A stretch of DNA of 64,000 nucleotides from an uncultured Candidatus Saccharibacteria bacterium (GCA_964606285.1 CAZSFP010000003.1:20967-84966), one strand, 5' to 3'. Shown: positions 19,059 to 29,369, counted from the stretch's first letter. Numbers and translations: made by a program. Notes: a model not told the origin generated them from the letters alone.

Positions 19059-19898
19059 ATGAATATCCTGAATCCCGCATCCATAGAAGAACAAGTCGCA
19101 AATCTTCTACAAAAGAATTCATTGACCGGAGCACGGTTATTGGAAGAGATAAAAAAGGACCGACCCAAAACGACGAAACAAGCCGTGTATGCGGCACTTC
19201 GCGTACTTAGGAGCGGTGAGATTGTCGTAAAGCACAAGAAACTCTTTTCCCTCTCGAGTGTTTGGATCATGAAAATGGCAGAATTTTTCCAACTGGCAAA
19301 GCATTTCTATACAAAGACTGCCACCGCAGATGAAGGGTTCCTCAGTCTCGAAGACGGCGATCGAGTATCGTATGCGTTCAAGAACCCGAACGTTGCAGAT
19401 ATATTTTGGGGACATGCATTTGATATCTTGTCTGAGATCACCCCTCTCAATGAACCGGTATATCTCTACAATCCGCATGAGTGGTTTTTACTCGCCCGTC
19501 ATGACAGTGAGAAGGCAATCTTTGATCGAATCACGAAAACCGGCAAACAAGTCTTGGTCATTGCCGGCGGAAATACTATTCTTGATAAAAACTTAACAAA
19601 AGAATTTGATGGAAAAATTTCGCAGTATTATCCGACTGACGAAATGATTTTTGAAAAGAGAAATTATTATCTCAATATCTTTGATGATTTCATTATTGAA
19701 GCATTGATAGATGAGGATGTCGCAAAAAAGATTGATGCTTTCTATCAGACAACCTCGACATGGAACAAAGAATCAGAGATTGTCTTGAAAAGAATTATTG
19801 AGACTGAAGGAAAAAACAAACTGACCATTTCACGGAACAATAAACGTGCCGAGAAACTGAAAAAGATATTCAAAAAATATTTCTATATTCAAAAATAA
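19059..19898 (+). CDS. Winged-helix DNA-binding protein, paralog of 37175..38038
   Basis: N-terminal wHTH (KQAVYAALRVLRSGEIVVKHKKLFSL) and a shared C-terminal tail ISRNNKRAEKLKKIFKKYF with the 37175 ORF. Confidence 0.45.
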   Translation: MNILNPASIEEQVANLLQKNSLTGARLLEEIKKDRPKTTKQAVYAALRVLRSGEIVVKHKKLFSLSSVWIMKMAEFFQLAKHFYTKTATADEGFLSLEDGDRVSYAFKNPNVADIFWGHAFDILSEITPLNEPVYLYNPHEWFLLARHDSEKAIFDRITKTGKQVLVIAGGNTILDKNLTKEFDGKISQYYPTDEMIFEKRNYYLNIFDDFIIEALIDEDVAKKIDAFYQTTSTWNKESEIVLKRIIETEGKNKLTISRNNKRAEKLKKIFKKYFYIQK

Positions 19899-19933
19899 AA
19901 AACCGCTTGTGGTGGGGCGGTTTTTTGTAGATC

Positions 19934-21082
19934 TTAGCCTACGTTGTCATGCAAAGCAGAAAAATGTTCTGAATACCTAAAATCTTCAGTTACTTCCTTG
20001 AGTATCGGTAAAAAATCAGGAGTAATGGTTTCTTCAATCATCGTTCCCTCGCGTTCAAGCTTAAGATAGTTCTTGGTAGTATCATTGTATTCATCGAGTG
20101 TGAATACTTGCTCATTCCAAATAAAGCTTGTGCGTGTTTTTTCAACTTTACGTCTCTCAGTATCTATGCGGAGCAATAACTGATTGTAAGTCTGCAGGTT
20201 TATGAGTTTTTCTGTTTCAATCCTTCGCTGTGGATCTGCAGTTCTTTTCTTTTTTGTATGAAAGAAAAATATTTCACCATTTTCTGTTATTTTCATTCGC
20301 ACCCGCTCTTCATCCCATTGTGGTGATGGACGAAGATACGTTTGAACAATTTTAGCAGTATAAGTTGCAATTTTTTTGTCAGCAAAAACCGTTTTCTGAA
20401 ACTTTACTTTATCAACTATCCATTTCCGTTCATTTTCTATAGGAGAAGGCACCCCAAGTGCTCCAAATACCGCGGTGACTTGTTGACGAATCTTTTTCTC
20501 AAACGATTTTGGGGCCCCGTCAGGTAAACGGTTACCAATAATTCCATAATTCTTTGCTCCGCTGTTTGATTCTTGGAGCCTTTGGTCACGCATGATGGCT
20601 TGTTTTGGTGTTTCTGGTCGATGGATATTATTTTCATTCGTATAAAATTCTGCTGCGCCATTTGCCGCTGTAACCAAGTGTGTTGTCACATCGTACCGGT
20701 TTTCAAGAATTTGATATTTTGAAAGCTTATAAAAAGCCAATAAGTTCTCAAACTCTTTTGGATCATCCACATAAGCAAGCCCATCAAGAAGTCCGCGATC
20801 AAACGTGATAAGTGTTGGTTTATTGGTTCTTTTTGTAAGAAGGGTCGCAGCGTCAGTGTAAAAGTCTTCATGTTTGAGCTGTAAATTCAAAATATTTTTC
20901 TGTAAATCTCTATCACGCTCTATACCAGATGCAAATACCATCGTAGCTGCTTCAGGACAAGCAAGAACATTGAAACCAAGGCTTTGACCATAATCAACGA
21001 TACGAGCCTGACCAGTTGATTTACCAGAGCAAGGACCTCCGCCAGAATTGTGTTTGAAAATCATTTTTTCTCTTGTGTTCAT
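19934..21082 (-). CDS. P-loop NTPase/kinase-like domain fused to a C-terminal CYTH-like (triphosphate tunnel) domain
   Basis: GGGPCSGKST Walker A near the N-terminus; the C-terminal half begins IENERKWIVDKVKF, resembling the EIERKFLV start of CYTH domains, with later acidic/basic strands. Confidence 0.4.
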   Translation of the reverse strand: MNTREKMIFKHNSGGGPCSGKSTGQARIVDYGQSLGFNVLACPEAATMVFASGIERDRDLQKNILNLQLKHEDFYTDAATLLTKRTNKPTLITFDRGLLDGLAYVDDPKEFENLLAFYKLSKYQILENRYDVTTHLVTAANGAAEFYTNENNIHRPETPKQAIMRDQRLQESNSGAKNYGIIGNRLPDGAPKSFEKKIRQQVTAVFGALGVPSPIENERKWIVDKVKFQKTVFADKKIATYTAKIVQTYLRPSPQWDEERVRMKITENGEIFFFHTKKKRTADPQRRIETEKLINLQTYNQLLLRIDTERRKVEKTRTSFIWNEQVFTLDEYNDTTKNYLKLEREGTMIEETITPDFLPILKEVTEDFRYSEHFSALHDNVG

Positions 21083-21215
21083 ATCTTTATTCTTTTTTTA
21101 AATAAGTTATTTCACCCTCACTCTACCTGATATCTGCCCGTGGTGCAAATAAAAAAAACCGCTTGTGGGAAGGCGATTTTTTGTTCATTTTTTTCTGTCT
21201 GAACGAATGAAAAAG

Positions 21216-22367
21216 TTATTCTGTGTCTGTGGTCGCTGTTTGTATCTGACACATAACGGTTTGTTGCTGTTCTACGATAGGAGAGAGAACAGCGAGTAGG
21301 TTGTCTAATTCCATATTATAGTCTGTATCAACTGCATACTTACTATCTTTTCCATCCGGTTGATATTCAATGACCAAAACTTGCAGATCTGATTGATATG
21401 CTTCATACACAGCAAGAGAGTTGATTGATTCTTTTCCGAAATCAAACTGATCGTGTACATGTGGTCCGGTTGCGTCTCCAGTTGATCCACATTTTGCGAT
21501 AGGTTCGCCTGCATGAACGTATTTTCCTTTTTTCACCAAAATTTTTGAAAAATGGAGTGACACGCTCATCAGTCCTGTTTCTTCATTGTAAATTTTTAGA
21601 TAATTTCCTGATGATTCTGAATAAGAACTTGTCACAACAAGACCATCGATCGTACTGCGAACAAGTTTCCCCGAACCCCATGGATAATCGCGTCCCTTAT
21701 GGAACTTTTTTACCTTGTGTATAGGGTGTATTCTCATTCCATATATATCAGTCGTATCAAAACCAGCGTACATCTCTTCTAGTGGTCCTCCAAATGCCGA
21801 AGCAAAGTGTGTGTTTCCTAAATAGATAAGTGTGCGGATTGAATCAATTTTGATAGGCCGATTGAATGATTGCAGTGTACGGACAAGTTCTTTTTTCTTT
21901 CTCTGGTATTCCTGTTTTGCAAATACATTTTCAAAAGACTGTATCTGTTCACACAGAGAATCTGGGATCATTGCATTATTTTCAATACATCTTTTTTCGC
22001 AAGCTTTCAGATGGTGGTATACCATTGAACGCTCTTCATCAATAACATTTTGCAAATAACGAGGAATATTTCCTGTTGGAATATTTGCAACATCTGTTAG
22101 AAAATCCAATGCAAATACAAGTGTGCTTTTGGGATCCTGGTCTTTTTCTGCAAGCAATAGGTTTACTCTATGATAGAGAAACAACGCTTTCCTGTTTATA
22201 GAGTCAGCGTTGGTAGAAGTATTTGCTGTTTTTTCAATGATAACATCAACACTTTTTTCAAGTGTTGTTTTAATGTCCAATTTTTCCTCCGGAGAGAATG
22301 TAAATCCTTTCGCTGCACCTGGCAGGAAAAGACATACGGTAAATAGTACGTAGAGTAACTTTTTCAT
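21216..22367 (-). CDS. Secreted M23-family metallopeptidase (LytM-like)
   Basis: HKGRDYP...GNYLKIYNEETGLMSVSLHFSKILVKKGKYVHAGEPIAKCGSTGDATGPHVHDQF (HxxxD ... HxH) and signal peptide MKKLLYVLFTVCLFLPGAAKG. Confidence 0.75.
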   Translation of the reverse strand: MKKLLYVLFTVCLFLPGAAKGFTFSPEEKLDIKTTLEKSVDVIIEKTANTSTNADSINRKALFLYHRVNLLLAEKDQDPKSTLVFALDFLTDVANIPTGNIPRYLQNVIDEERSMVYHHLKACEKRCIENNAMIPDSLCEQIQSFENVFAKQEYQRKKKELVRTLQSFNRPIKIDSIRTLIYLGNTHFASAFGGPLEEMYAGFDTTDIYGMRIHPIHKVKKFHKGRDYPWGSGKLVRSTIDGLVVTSSYSESSGNYLKIYNEETGLMSVSLHFSKILVKKGKYVHAGEPIAKCGSTGDATGPHVHDQFDFGKESINSLAVYEAYQSDLQVLVIEYQPDGKDSKYAVDTDYNMELDNLLAVLSPIVEQQQTVMCQIQTATTDTE

Positions 22368-22471
22368 GTTAATGTGCGTTTTAAAATTTCTCAAAAAGTC
22401 TAACACATCAAATATGTTCAGTCAATAGCCTCTATATCGTTATTTTCAAACGCTCGCTGTATACTATATCC

Positions 22472-23110
22472 ATGCATTTCAACGACGAAAAACATTATTT
22501 CGAAACAACTTACCGCACCGGCGCAGACATCTGGTCAGGACACAATCATACGTCATATCTCCACACGCTGACTGACCAGCTCTCCCCGAACGCATTCATC
22601 CTCGACATCGGTGCAGGTCGCGGACATGTCGCCTATCATCTCGGCAAACTTGGTTTCAAGGTTATCGGCCTCGAATACGTTTTTGATATCGTCAAAAAAA
22701 ACAATCTCGAAGTCAAAGATCGGAAACTTGATGGAAAAGTTGGTTTCATCGAAGGCAGTGCCCTCGATATTCCGCTCGCCGACAACAGTTTCGATGCGGT
22801 CACCGATATCGCAACACTCCATCATCTCCCACATTCAGAATGGGAAACATACGCACGCGAAGTATCACGTGTTTTGAAACCGGACGGATATCTGTTTCTC
22901 ATGGAATTGTCCCGCGACAATCTCACGTACAAATCATGGAATCCAAAAGAAAGTAGTACAGGAGATTTTCTGTTTGAAAATATTGTGCCGTATCATTTTT
23001 TTACATTCGATGAAATAACAACTCTTTTTCCAAACTTTACTGTTCTCTCATCTCACACTGACACAACAAGTGATGGCATGTATCTCTCCGTACTCCTCAA
23101 GAAAAAATAA
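22472..23110 (+). CDS. Class I SAM-dependent methyltransferase
   Basis: ILDIGAGRGHVAYHL (motif I), VIGLEY, LKPDGYLFL. Confidence 0.7.
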   Translation: MHFNDEKHYFETTYRTGADIWSGHNHTSYLHTLTDQLSPNAFILDIGAGRGHVAYHLGKLGFKVIGLEYVFDIVKKNNLEVKDRKLDGKVGFIEGSALDIPLADNSFDAVTDIATLHHLPHSEWETYAREVSRVLKPDGYLFLMELSRDNLTYKSWNPKESSTGDFLFENIVPYHFFTFDEITTLFPNFTVLSSHTDTTSDGMYLSVLLKKK

Positions 23111-23509
23111 TCCTACGTCGCTTTTTCAAAGCTCTGTGGGGTTGTCCAATTTTACTGTATTTAAAAAATAATTTTTGCGAAGTGAGATAGAACAAAAAAA
23201 ACTGCCCATAAAGAGCAGTATGAAAACAACTAAAAGAAAATTCTGCACCAGCCCTCCTGCGGAAAACCTAAAAGACCGCAGGAGACTGGGACAGATCGAC
23301 ACATTTCTTCAAACCGAGCTAAACAAATGAAAAAGAGAGAAGAAACGTATCTCTCGTGAAAACTGGTTAACCAGGCCAGTCATACTCCACGAGATTGTCA
23401 CTAACCAAACCTAAAACCCAAATAAGAGTCAGTGACTTCATTTAAAATCGTAACAAATGAGGAATCTTTGTCAAACTGCATTTTCTTTCACATGCGGTAT
23501 AATCATCTC

Positions 23510-24277
23510 ATGAAAATCATGTCTTGGAACACCAACGGTCTCCGTGCAACGGTCAAACAAGGATTTTGGCAACCATTATTTACCACGTACAATCCAGATA
23601 TTCTCTGTCTCCAAGAAACCAAATGCGAACCCGAGCAACTCCCTGATGATGTTCGCAATCATACTGGATATCATTCTTATTTTTCTCATTCCAAAGGTCG
23701 CAAGGGCTACAGTGGCGTGGCGATCTATACAAAGATCAAACCGATCGCAGTCACTGGTCTCAATATTCCCGAGTTTGATGATGAAGGTCGTATCCTCGTT
23801 CTCGAATACGCAGATTTTTTTCTCATCAATTGTTATTTTCCAAACGGTGGCGGTGGGCCTGTGCGACTCGATTACAAGCTTCGATTTTATGATGCATTTC
23901 TCTCTCATATCAAAACACTTGATCAACAAAAACCAGTTATTTTTTGTGGTGACGTCAACACCGCTCACGAAGCGATCGATCTCGCCCGACCGGAAGCCAA
24001 CGAAGAGAACACTGGGTTTCTCCCGATCGAACGCGCTTGGATCGATGAGGTCATCGCGAACGGGTTTGTCGATACGTTTCGCCGACTCCACCCAGACGCA
24101 CGCAATGTCTACACCTACTGGGATATGAAAACTGCCGCACGCGAACGCAATGTCGGCTGGCGCATCGATTATTTTTTCGTTTCAGAGCGCCTGATATCCC
24201 AGATAAAAAAGTTTGAAACACTCACAATGCAGTATGGTTCTGATCATTGCCCCATCATGATCGATCTTGCAAAATAA
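23510..24277 (+). CDS. xth: Exodeoxyribonuclease III (AP endonuclease, Xth family)
   Basis: MKIMSWNTNGLRA ... ILCLQETK ... GDVNTAHEAIDL ... SDHCPIMIDL: the full EEP-fold catalytic motif set. Confidence 0.85.
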   Translation: MKIMSWNTNGLRATVKQGFWQPLFTTYNPDILCLQETKCEPEQLPDDVRNHTGYHSYFSHSKGRKGYSGVAIYTKIKPIAVTGLNIPEFDDEGRILVLEYADFFLINCYFPNGGGGPVRLDYKLRFYDAFLSHIKTLDQQKPVIFCGDVNTAHEAIDLARPEANEENTGFLPIERAWIDEVIANGFVDTFRRLHPDARNVYTYWDMKTAARERNVGWRIDYFFVSERLISQIKKFETLTMQYGSDHCPIMIDLAK

Positions 24278-24507
24278 AGATAAGTATGGAATACTGGCGG
24301 CTAAATGTTTTTTAATTATATATGTTTCTATGGAAAAGTTTAAAACCAAAAAACGGTACGTGGTTGCTGGAGTATTCGCCATCTGTATCATCTCTTTATT
24401 TATGATTCCGTCAGATACGGTATCGATTGGAAAGAAAATTGTTAAAGCCGCAATGCGCTTGCGGACCCCTCTCAGAACATGAGAGGGTTTTGCTTTTTAG
24501 GGTCATG

Positions 24508-24996
24508 AATGGTACGCTCAAGAAAAACACACGTTCAATGAAAACCAAAGAATATCAAGACCTGGAGAAGAAACTCTCCTCGCATATCACACAAAAATTT
24601 TCCGATATTATCAATCACAAACAGTCGATATACTGGTCATGCTTTATAATGACAGCAATACTCACTGTCATATTGATACTGTATGTAATGTTTTCCTTTG
24701 AACACATAATTCAGAACAGAATGCACATGATCATGATAATCAGCGCCTTTGTTGGTTTTGTTATTATCATGGGATTTTCACTTTCTGGTCTCGACACGCC
24801 CCCTGAAAAATTTATTCAAAAACATCTAGAAGAAACCCGAGACATCGCCCAGGCAACTGGATCAAAAGACATGCTAACATTATGCAACAAAGCGCTTCAG
24901 TCATTGACCGAAGCACAGAAAACACGAATTGCATCAGATGCAGACACTATCATGTGGAATATGGATCGCTCTATTTCTGATTTTGCACTACATTGA
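24508..24996 (+). CDS. Hypothetical membrane protein
   Basis: Two strongly hydrophobic helices. Start set at MNGTLKK because a hairpin terminator overlaps the upstream part of the track ORF. Confidence 0.4.
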   Translation, partial: NGTLKKNTRSMKTKEYQDLEKKLSSHITQKFSDIINHKQSIYWSCFIMTAILTVILILYVMFSFEHIIQNRMHMIMIISAFVGFVIIMGFSLSGLDTPPEKFIQKHLEETRDIAQATGSKDMLTLCNKALQSLTEAQKTRIASDADTIMWNMDRSISDFALH

Positions 24997-25044
24997 AAAA
25001 AGTGATTAAAAAAAATCCCCGACATTTCGGGGATTTTTGTTTTG

Positions 25045-25491
25045 TTAGTGACGACAGAGAAAATCTCGGTCATTTCTACAATCGCGCATATAGCCGGCTT
25101 TACTTCTTTTTGCAAAAGAATTTTCTTTGTATAAATATCGGTAATATTTCTTTCCAGAAAAAATATAGAAGAATGCACCGTGTTCATAAATCTCAATATC
25201 GTTACTTGAAAATGATTTTATGGCAGGGCTGATTCTCGTCCACAAACCATCTTCGATATCACCGCGCAATCCATACAAATGATCTTCACAGTCACCGGGA
25301 CACTTGATGAGCGCGATTTGTGAATACTTTGTACTTCCCCTTGTTTCAAAACGAAACATTTCATAAGTACTGTTTGCCGTTTCTTCGCATGGACAAACGC
25401 GAAGCTGTTCAGGAAATGGGCCGAGATGTGATTGTCCGAAAGAAGTAAAAGAAAGAGAGAAAAGAGCAGTGAGTGTCAGAATGGTTTTCAT
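25045..25491 (-). CDS. Small secreted Cys-containing protein
   Basis: Signal peptide MKTILTLTALFSLSFTSFG and 8 Cys. Confidence 0.4.
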   Translation of the reverse strand: MKTILTLTALFSLSFTSFGQSHLGPFPEQLRVCPCEETANSTYEMFRFETRGSTKYSQIALIKCPGDCEDHLYGLRGDIEDGLWTRISPAIKSFSSNDIEIYEHGAFFYIFSGKKYYRYLYKENSFAKRSKAGYMRDCRNDRDFLCRH

Positions 25492-25594
25492 ACGATTATT
25501 TTTTTCTTTTGACTATACCACTATTTTCGAAAAAGGAAAGCCGAGTATTGACCGCACACGGTGAAACTCGCATACTCCGAGAAAACAGAAAACC

Positions 25595-25894
25595 ATGAAA
25601 CGATTCTTCTTTGTACTTATGAAACAAATCCTCACTGTCATATACAAGAAATATCACAAAATAAAATCTGGCGATAATGGCATTGCATATACGAAACTCA
25701 TTCTGGGAAAAGAGAAAGATGTGCATGGACAACCAATCTTTGTTGCTGGTGAAACAGGAATTACCTACCGTACTGAACCTCATGTAAAAAGAGCAGAAAA
25801 GAGATTAAGGCGGTTTCACGAATTCTTGAATAACAGACGGAGACTGCCTCCCCGCAATCATCCATGGTGGTTTGAGAAATTTAGCACAAAATAA
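25595..25894 (+). CDS. Hypothetical protein
   Basis: 99-aa basic ORF. Confidence 0.3.
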   Translation: MKRFFFVLMKQILTVIYKKYHKIKSGDNGIAYTKLILGKEKDVHGQPIFVAGETGITYRTEPHVKRAEKRLRRFHEFLNNRRRLPPRNHPWWFEKFSTK

Positions 25895-25965
25895 CAACAT
25901 TCAACTCCTTAACAAAATCCCGCCAAAAACGGGATTTTTTACTTGTATTTTGCATCACTGGTGCA

Positions 25966-26259
25966 TTGGTATTAACTGTTGCAGCAAATGTGGGGTTCAA
26001 AAAACTCCACAAAGAACAAAGAAAGTATCAACTAAAAGGAATTGTTTTATCAATTCCTTCACGTCATGAAATGACAACAAAAGAACTGAGGGATGATGAC
26101 CTTCTTTTTGACGGAGACACACTTGTTCGCGTGCAAACAATCGGAAGGGACACCGTAATCACTGCCGTGAATATAGTCGGAACACCTGTTCCTTCGGTTG
26201 GAGACAGTATCCTCATTTCAAATTTTTGGAACGGAGATGAATATCTTGTTCTGAAATAA
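25966..26259 (+). CDS. Hypothetical protein
   Basis: 97-aa ORF. Confidence 0.3.
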   Translation: MVLTVAANVGFKKLHKEQRKYQLKGIVLSIPSRHEMTTKELRDDDLLFDGDTLVRVQTIGRDTVITAVNIVGTPVPSVGDSILISNFWNGDEYLVLK

Positions 26260-26606
26260 ACAGAAATTTTCTACAAAAAAAACCGGACGTATATGCCGGT
26301 TTTTTTTATTTGAAAATTGTTTTTTGAGGGCACTTGTGATAATGTTGTGAACGAGAAATGTTTTATGTATAAATAAATATGAGTAAGTTAATTTTAAAAG
26401 AATTCAAAAGTGAAGTTCGCAGCAACAAATGGTACAGACTGATTGTTATCCTCGGTATGGTAATATCCACCCTCATGGCACTGTTTGCCATAGCGATACA
26501 ACAGTATTGAAAAAACTTGAAAAACCGGACATCGTGCCGGTTTTTTTATTTTTGCTATTTATCATCTCTATGCTACAGTTATGAAAATCTAAAAATTAAC
26601 ATACCT

Positions 26607-27182
26607 ATGTTTAACAATGCTCTTTTTTATTGGATATATTTCCAAGCGATCACCTGGCACAAGAAGCGCCTCAGCACCTTGCACAATGGCATATCTATCG
26701 ATTCTCTATTCTTCAATGTTCACAACCAGCTCACACCCTTCAGTCTCATGACCCTTCCCTATTTTGTTTGCAGTGCAACAAAAGACTGCAAAGGATTCAA
26801 TATGTTTGGCAAATGGAACCTCGTTTCGATAGACAAGATGAGGATAACCGTACCTGAAGGCTTTGATTCTTTTATATATTCTCAATACAACAAAAAAGAA
26901 AAAATTGGATTAAAGAACATTCATGATCTTGAATTACCAACAATTCCTGATGCGGTGATATTGGAAGAAGGTTTATCATTTGTTCGTAGTAGCGCACCCG
27001 CGCTCCTAGAGACGTCTCCTGTTGGCCTAGTGGGTCTCATGTATAGATGTTCTGCGATAAGTGTTATTGTCATGCTTTCTGATAAAAATAAATTTTCTGA
27101 TGATTTTCTGACAAGCATGCTGTGCAAAAAAGATGCCCGACATGTCTATGCAAGAAATATAGACAACAGAATTTTTTCTTAA
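26607..27182 (+). CDS. Member 1 of a tandem three-gene paralog family (unknown function)
   Basis: Shares W..QxI.W...L...H...SIDxxFFNxHNxLTPxxLxxLPYxxxSxTxxxKGFxxFGKW and a C-terminal KDxRHVY motif with 27287 and 28095. Start set at MFNNALFYW by alignment. Confidence 0.45.
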   Translation: MFNNALFYWIYFQAITWHKKRLSTLHNGISIDSLFFNVHNQLTPFSLMTLPYFVCSATKDCKGFNMFGKWNLVSIDKMRITVPEGFDSFIYSQYNKKEKIGLKNIHDLELPTIPDAVILEEGLSFVRSSAPALLETSPVGLVGLMYRCSAISVIVMLSDKNKFSDDFLTSMLCKKDARHVYARNIDNRIFS

Positions 27183-27196
27183 ACCATATACAAGCT

Positions 27197-27231
27197 CAAA
27201 AACCGGACACGTGACCGGTTTTTTTATTTGG
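27197..27231 (+). terminator. Intrinsic terminator: a conserved aaaaaccggacaNNtgNccggttttttt type that recurs at 26276-26310, 26515-26548, 27994-28027 and 38040-38078
   Basis: aaaaaccggacacgtgaccggttttttt: palindromic stem flanked by A- and T-runs. Near-identical hairpins follow each paralog. Confidence 0.6.
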
Positions 27232-27286
27232 TTGATTTTTATAATAGATAGGTATATGGTTAAAGAAAATCGAACATTTACATCGT

Positions 27287-27991
27287 ATGAAAAACACTCT
27301 ATTTGAATGGGTATTTGCCCAGATCATCCTCTGGCAGATTGAGCATCTCAAATCATCGCATAAAAAAGAATCTATTGATCTCAATTTTTTTAATGAACAC
27401 AACACACTGACACCGATTAAACTCGCAATACTACCCTATATGATTGCAAGTTCAACAGAAAAAAGAAAAGGTTTCGGGTGTTTTGGAAAATGGAAAGGGG
27501 TAGAAATTACTGGCACAATTACTGTTGTTCCAGAGGGGTGGGATGTTTTTGTTTCCAGTCTCTACAATGGTAACTTTGGCAAATATGAAGTAGAAAAAAT
27601 AGAATATTCAGATTGGGATATTGAATATATTCCAAGAACAGGATATGTTACTGTTCCTAGAACTGGAACAATCAAGAGGAGAAAGGATGGTAAAAATCTT
27701 CGACTTTCAACTCTGGATATTCCTGTTCCCGAAACTACACCGGATATGGATATATTATTAGACGGAATACAATCTTTCCGTTCGTTTAATACTGATAGAG
27801 CACTTGAGGCTAGGGACGGAGAAGTTTTGAGAGTAGTGAGGCATACATCTCCTGTACAAGTTCTTCTTATCCTCTGGGATAAATTCTGTAAAGAAAATCC
27901 ACTATCACCAGGAAGTGATTTTCTCTGTGAAGCATTTCAAACATGCAAACATCAATTTGCAAAAGATGTTGAAGATAGAATTCTTTGTTAA
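27287..27991 (+). CDS. Member 2 of the tandem paralog family
   Basis: Same conserved N-terminal block (LFEWVFAQIILWQIEHLKSSHKKESIDLNFFNEHNTLTPIKLAILPY...KGFGCFGKW). Confidence 0.5.
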   Translation: MKNTLFEWVFAQIILWQIEHLKSSHKKESIDLNFFNEHNTLTPIKLAILPYMIASSTEKRKGFGCFGKWKGVEITGTITVVPEGWDVFVSSLYNGNFGKYEVEKIEYSDWDIEYIPRTGYVTVPRTGTIKRRKDGKNLRLSTLDIPVPETTPDMDILLDGIQSFRSFNTDRALEARDGEVLRVVRHTSPVQVLLILWDKFCKENPLSPGSDFLCEAFQTCKHQFAKDVEDRILC

Positions 27992-28094
27992 TGCAAAAAA
28001 AATCGGCCATATGCTGGTTTTTTTATTTGGTTGATTTTTATCAGGAATAGTATAAGGTGGAGAAAAATCACAGAACATTTCTAAAAGAAAAAAC

Positions 28095-28709
28095 ATGACA
28101 AAAGAGAAAAAAGACTTATTTGACTGGACACTCGCACTCATCATCGCATGGCAAATAGAATGTCTCAAAAAAGAACACAAGAAAGAAAGTATTGATCTGG
28201 AATTCTTCAACACACACAACACGCTTTCTTTGACAACACTGCTGACCTTCCCCTATTTCCTCGCAAGTGCAACTCTGGAACACAAAGGATTTCACTGGTA
28301 CGGAACATGGGTTGTTATTCGATACAACCATACAAATATTCTGGTGCCGGCTGGATATCAACAATACGTTGTAAAATTGTATGCAAATTCTTCAGATGAA
28401 AAACTCCAACTGGAACATATCAATCATTCGTATGAAGACAAGATTCCTGAATATGATGGATACGCGCTTCACGAACAGAGTTCATACATGCAAATCCTTC
28501 TTGATGGATTGAAATGTATCAAATTTTACACATCAAATAAATTCTTGGAATTCACAGACGAAAAATATGTGGCACTCATGCACAAGAATTCTGCTGTTAA
28601 TTTAACATTAATATATTACCCAAAACCGAAACATCCAGAAGATATATTGAAAAAACTTTTTGATAAAAATACCCGACATGTCTATTCCAAGGAACATGCA
28701 CATATATAG
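28095..28709 (+). CDS. Member 3 of the tandem paralog family
   Basis: Same conserved block (LFDWTLALIIAWQIECLKKEHKKESIDLEFFNTHNTLS...KGFHWYGTW ... KNTRHVYSKEH). Confidence 0.5.
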   Translation: MTKEKKDLFDWTLALIIAWQIECLKKEHKKESIDLEFFNTHNTLSLTTLLTFPYFLASATLEHKGFHWYGTWVVIRYNHTNILVPAGYQQYVVKLYANSSDEKLQLEHINHSYEDKIPEYDGYALHEQSSYMQILLDGLKCIKFYTSNKFLEFTDEKYVALMHKNSAVNLTLIYYPKPKHPEDILKKLFDKNTRHVYSKEHAHI

Positions 28710-28807
28710 ATTAGAAAAAATAAAAATGACTTACAATTGTAAGTCATTTTTTGTTCGATTTTTATTAAAATAACACCTCGTGCTACAATCAAGAAAAACT
28801 CTTTACC

Positions 28808-29263
28808 ATGACAGAACCTATCCTTATTTTGATCGCCAGGCTTTTAGAAAAATGCCCTATCAATGCAAATACATACAAAGAATACGAAGGACTAATTACG
28901 TTATTTAGTCCACTGGACTCAGAAAGAATTTGCTTTCTTTTACGAAAAGAAGATGAAAATCCAAATGAAAAAAGAACAGCTCGTCTGTCGACCCTTCATC
29001 TAAGAGAAACAACGTGCGGCATCTTGGTTCATGGAGAAAAAACAGGGAGGATGAGTGCTACTCTAAATGAAAAAAACTTCAGTAAAGTTATTCTTTATTT
29101 CAAAGACAGAAACTCATTTGATGAAGTATTTCAAGGAGAAAGCAATGATCACAAAAAACAACTATTAGAAAAAAGTGTTCTTTTGGTTCTCTGGAGGCCA
29201 TCAGATGTATACACTATTGAATCCGGTCCGGCAAAAGATGACTTTCTGAAAGCAATTGCATAA
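28808..29263 (+). CDS. Hypothetical protein
   Basis: 151-aa ORF. Confidence 0.4.
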   Translation: MTEPILILIARLLEKCPINANTYKEYEGLITLFSPLDSERICFLLRKEDENPNEKRTARLSTLHLRETTCGILVHGEKTGRMSATLNEKNFSKVILYFKDRNSFDEVFQGESNDHKKQLLEKSVLLVLWRPSDVYTIESGPAKDDFLKAIA

Positions 29264-29369
29264 ATTAAAATTTGAAACAAAAATCCCCAAACATGCGGGG
29301 ATTTTTTATTTATTGACTTTTATTATTAGTCATGATATATTTTGCAAAACTTAAAAATCAAACAGTGCT

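Noticed and set aside
23111-23509. Possible small RNA / SRP RNA in the 400-bp spacer upstream of xth (hairpin ctcctgcgg...ccgcaggag)
   Set aside because: No SRP domain IV consensus. A single hairpin is insufficient evidence.
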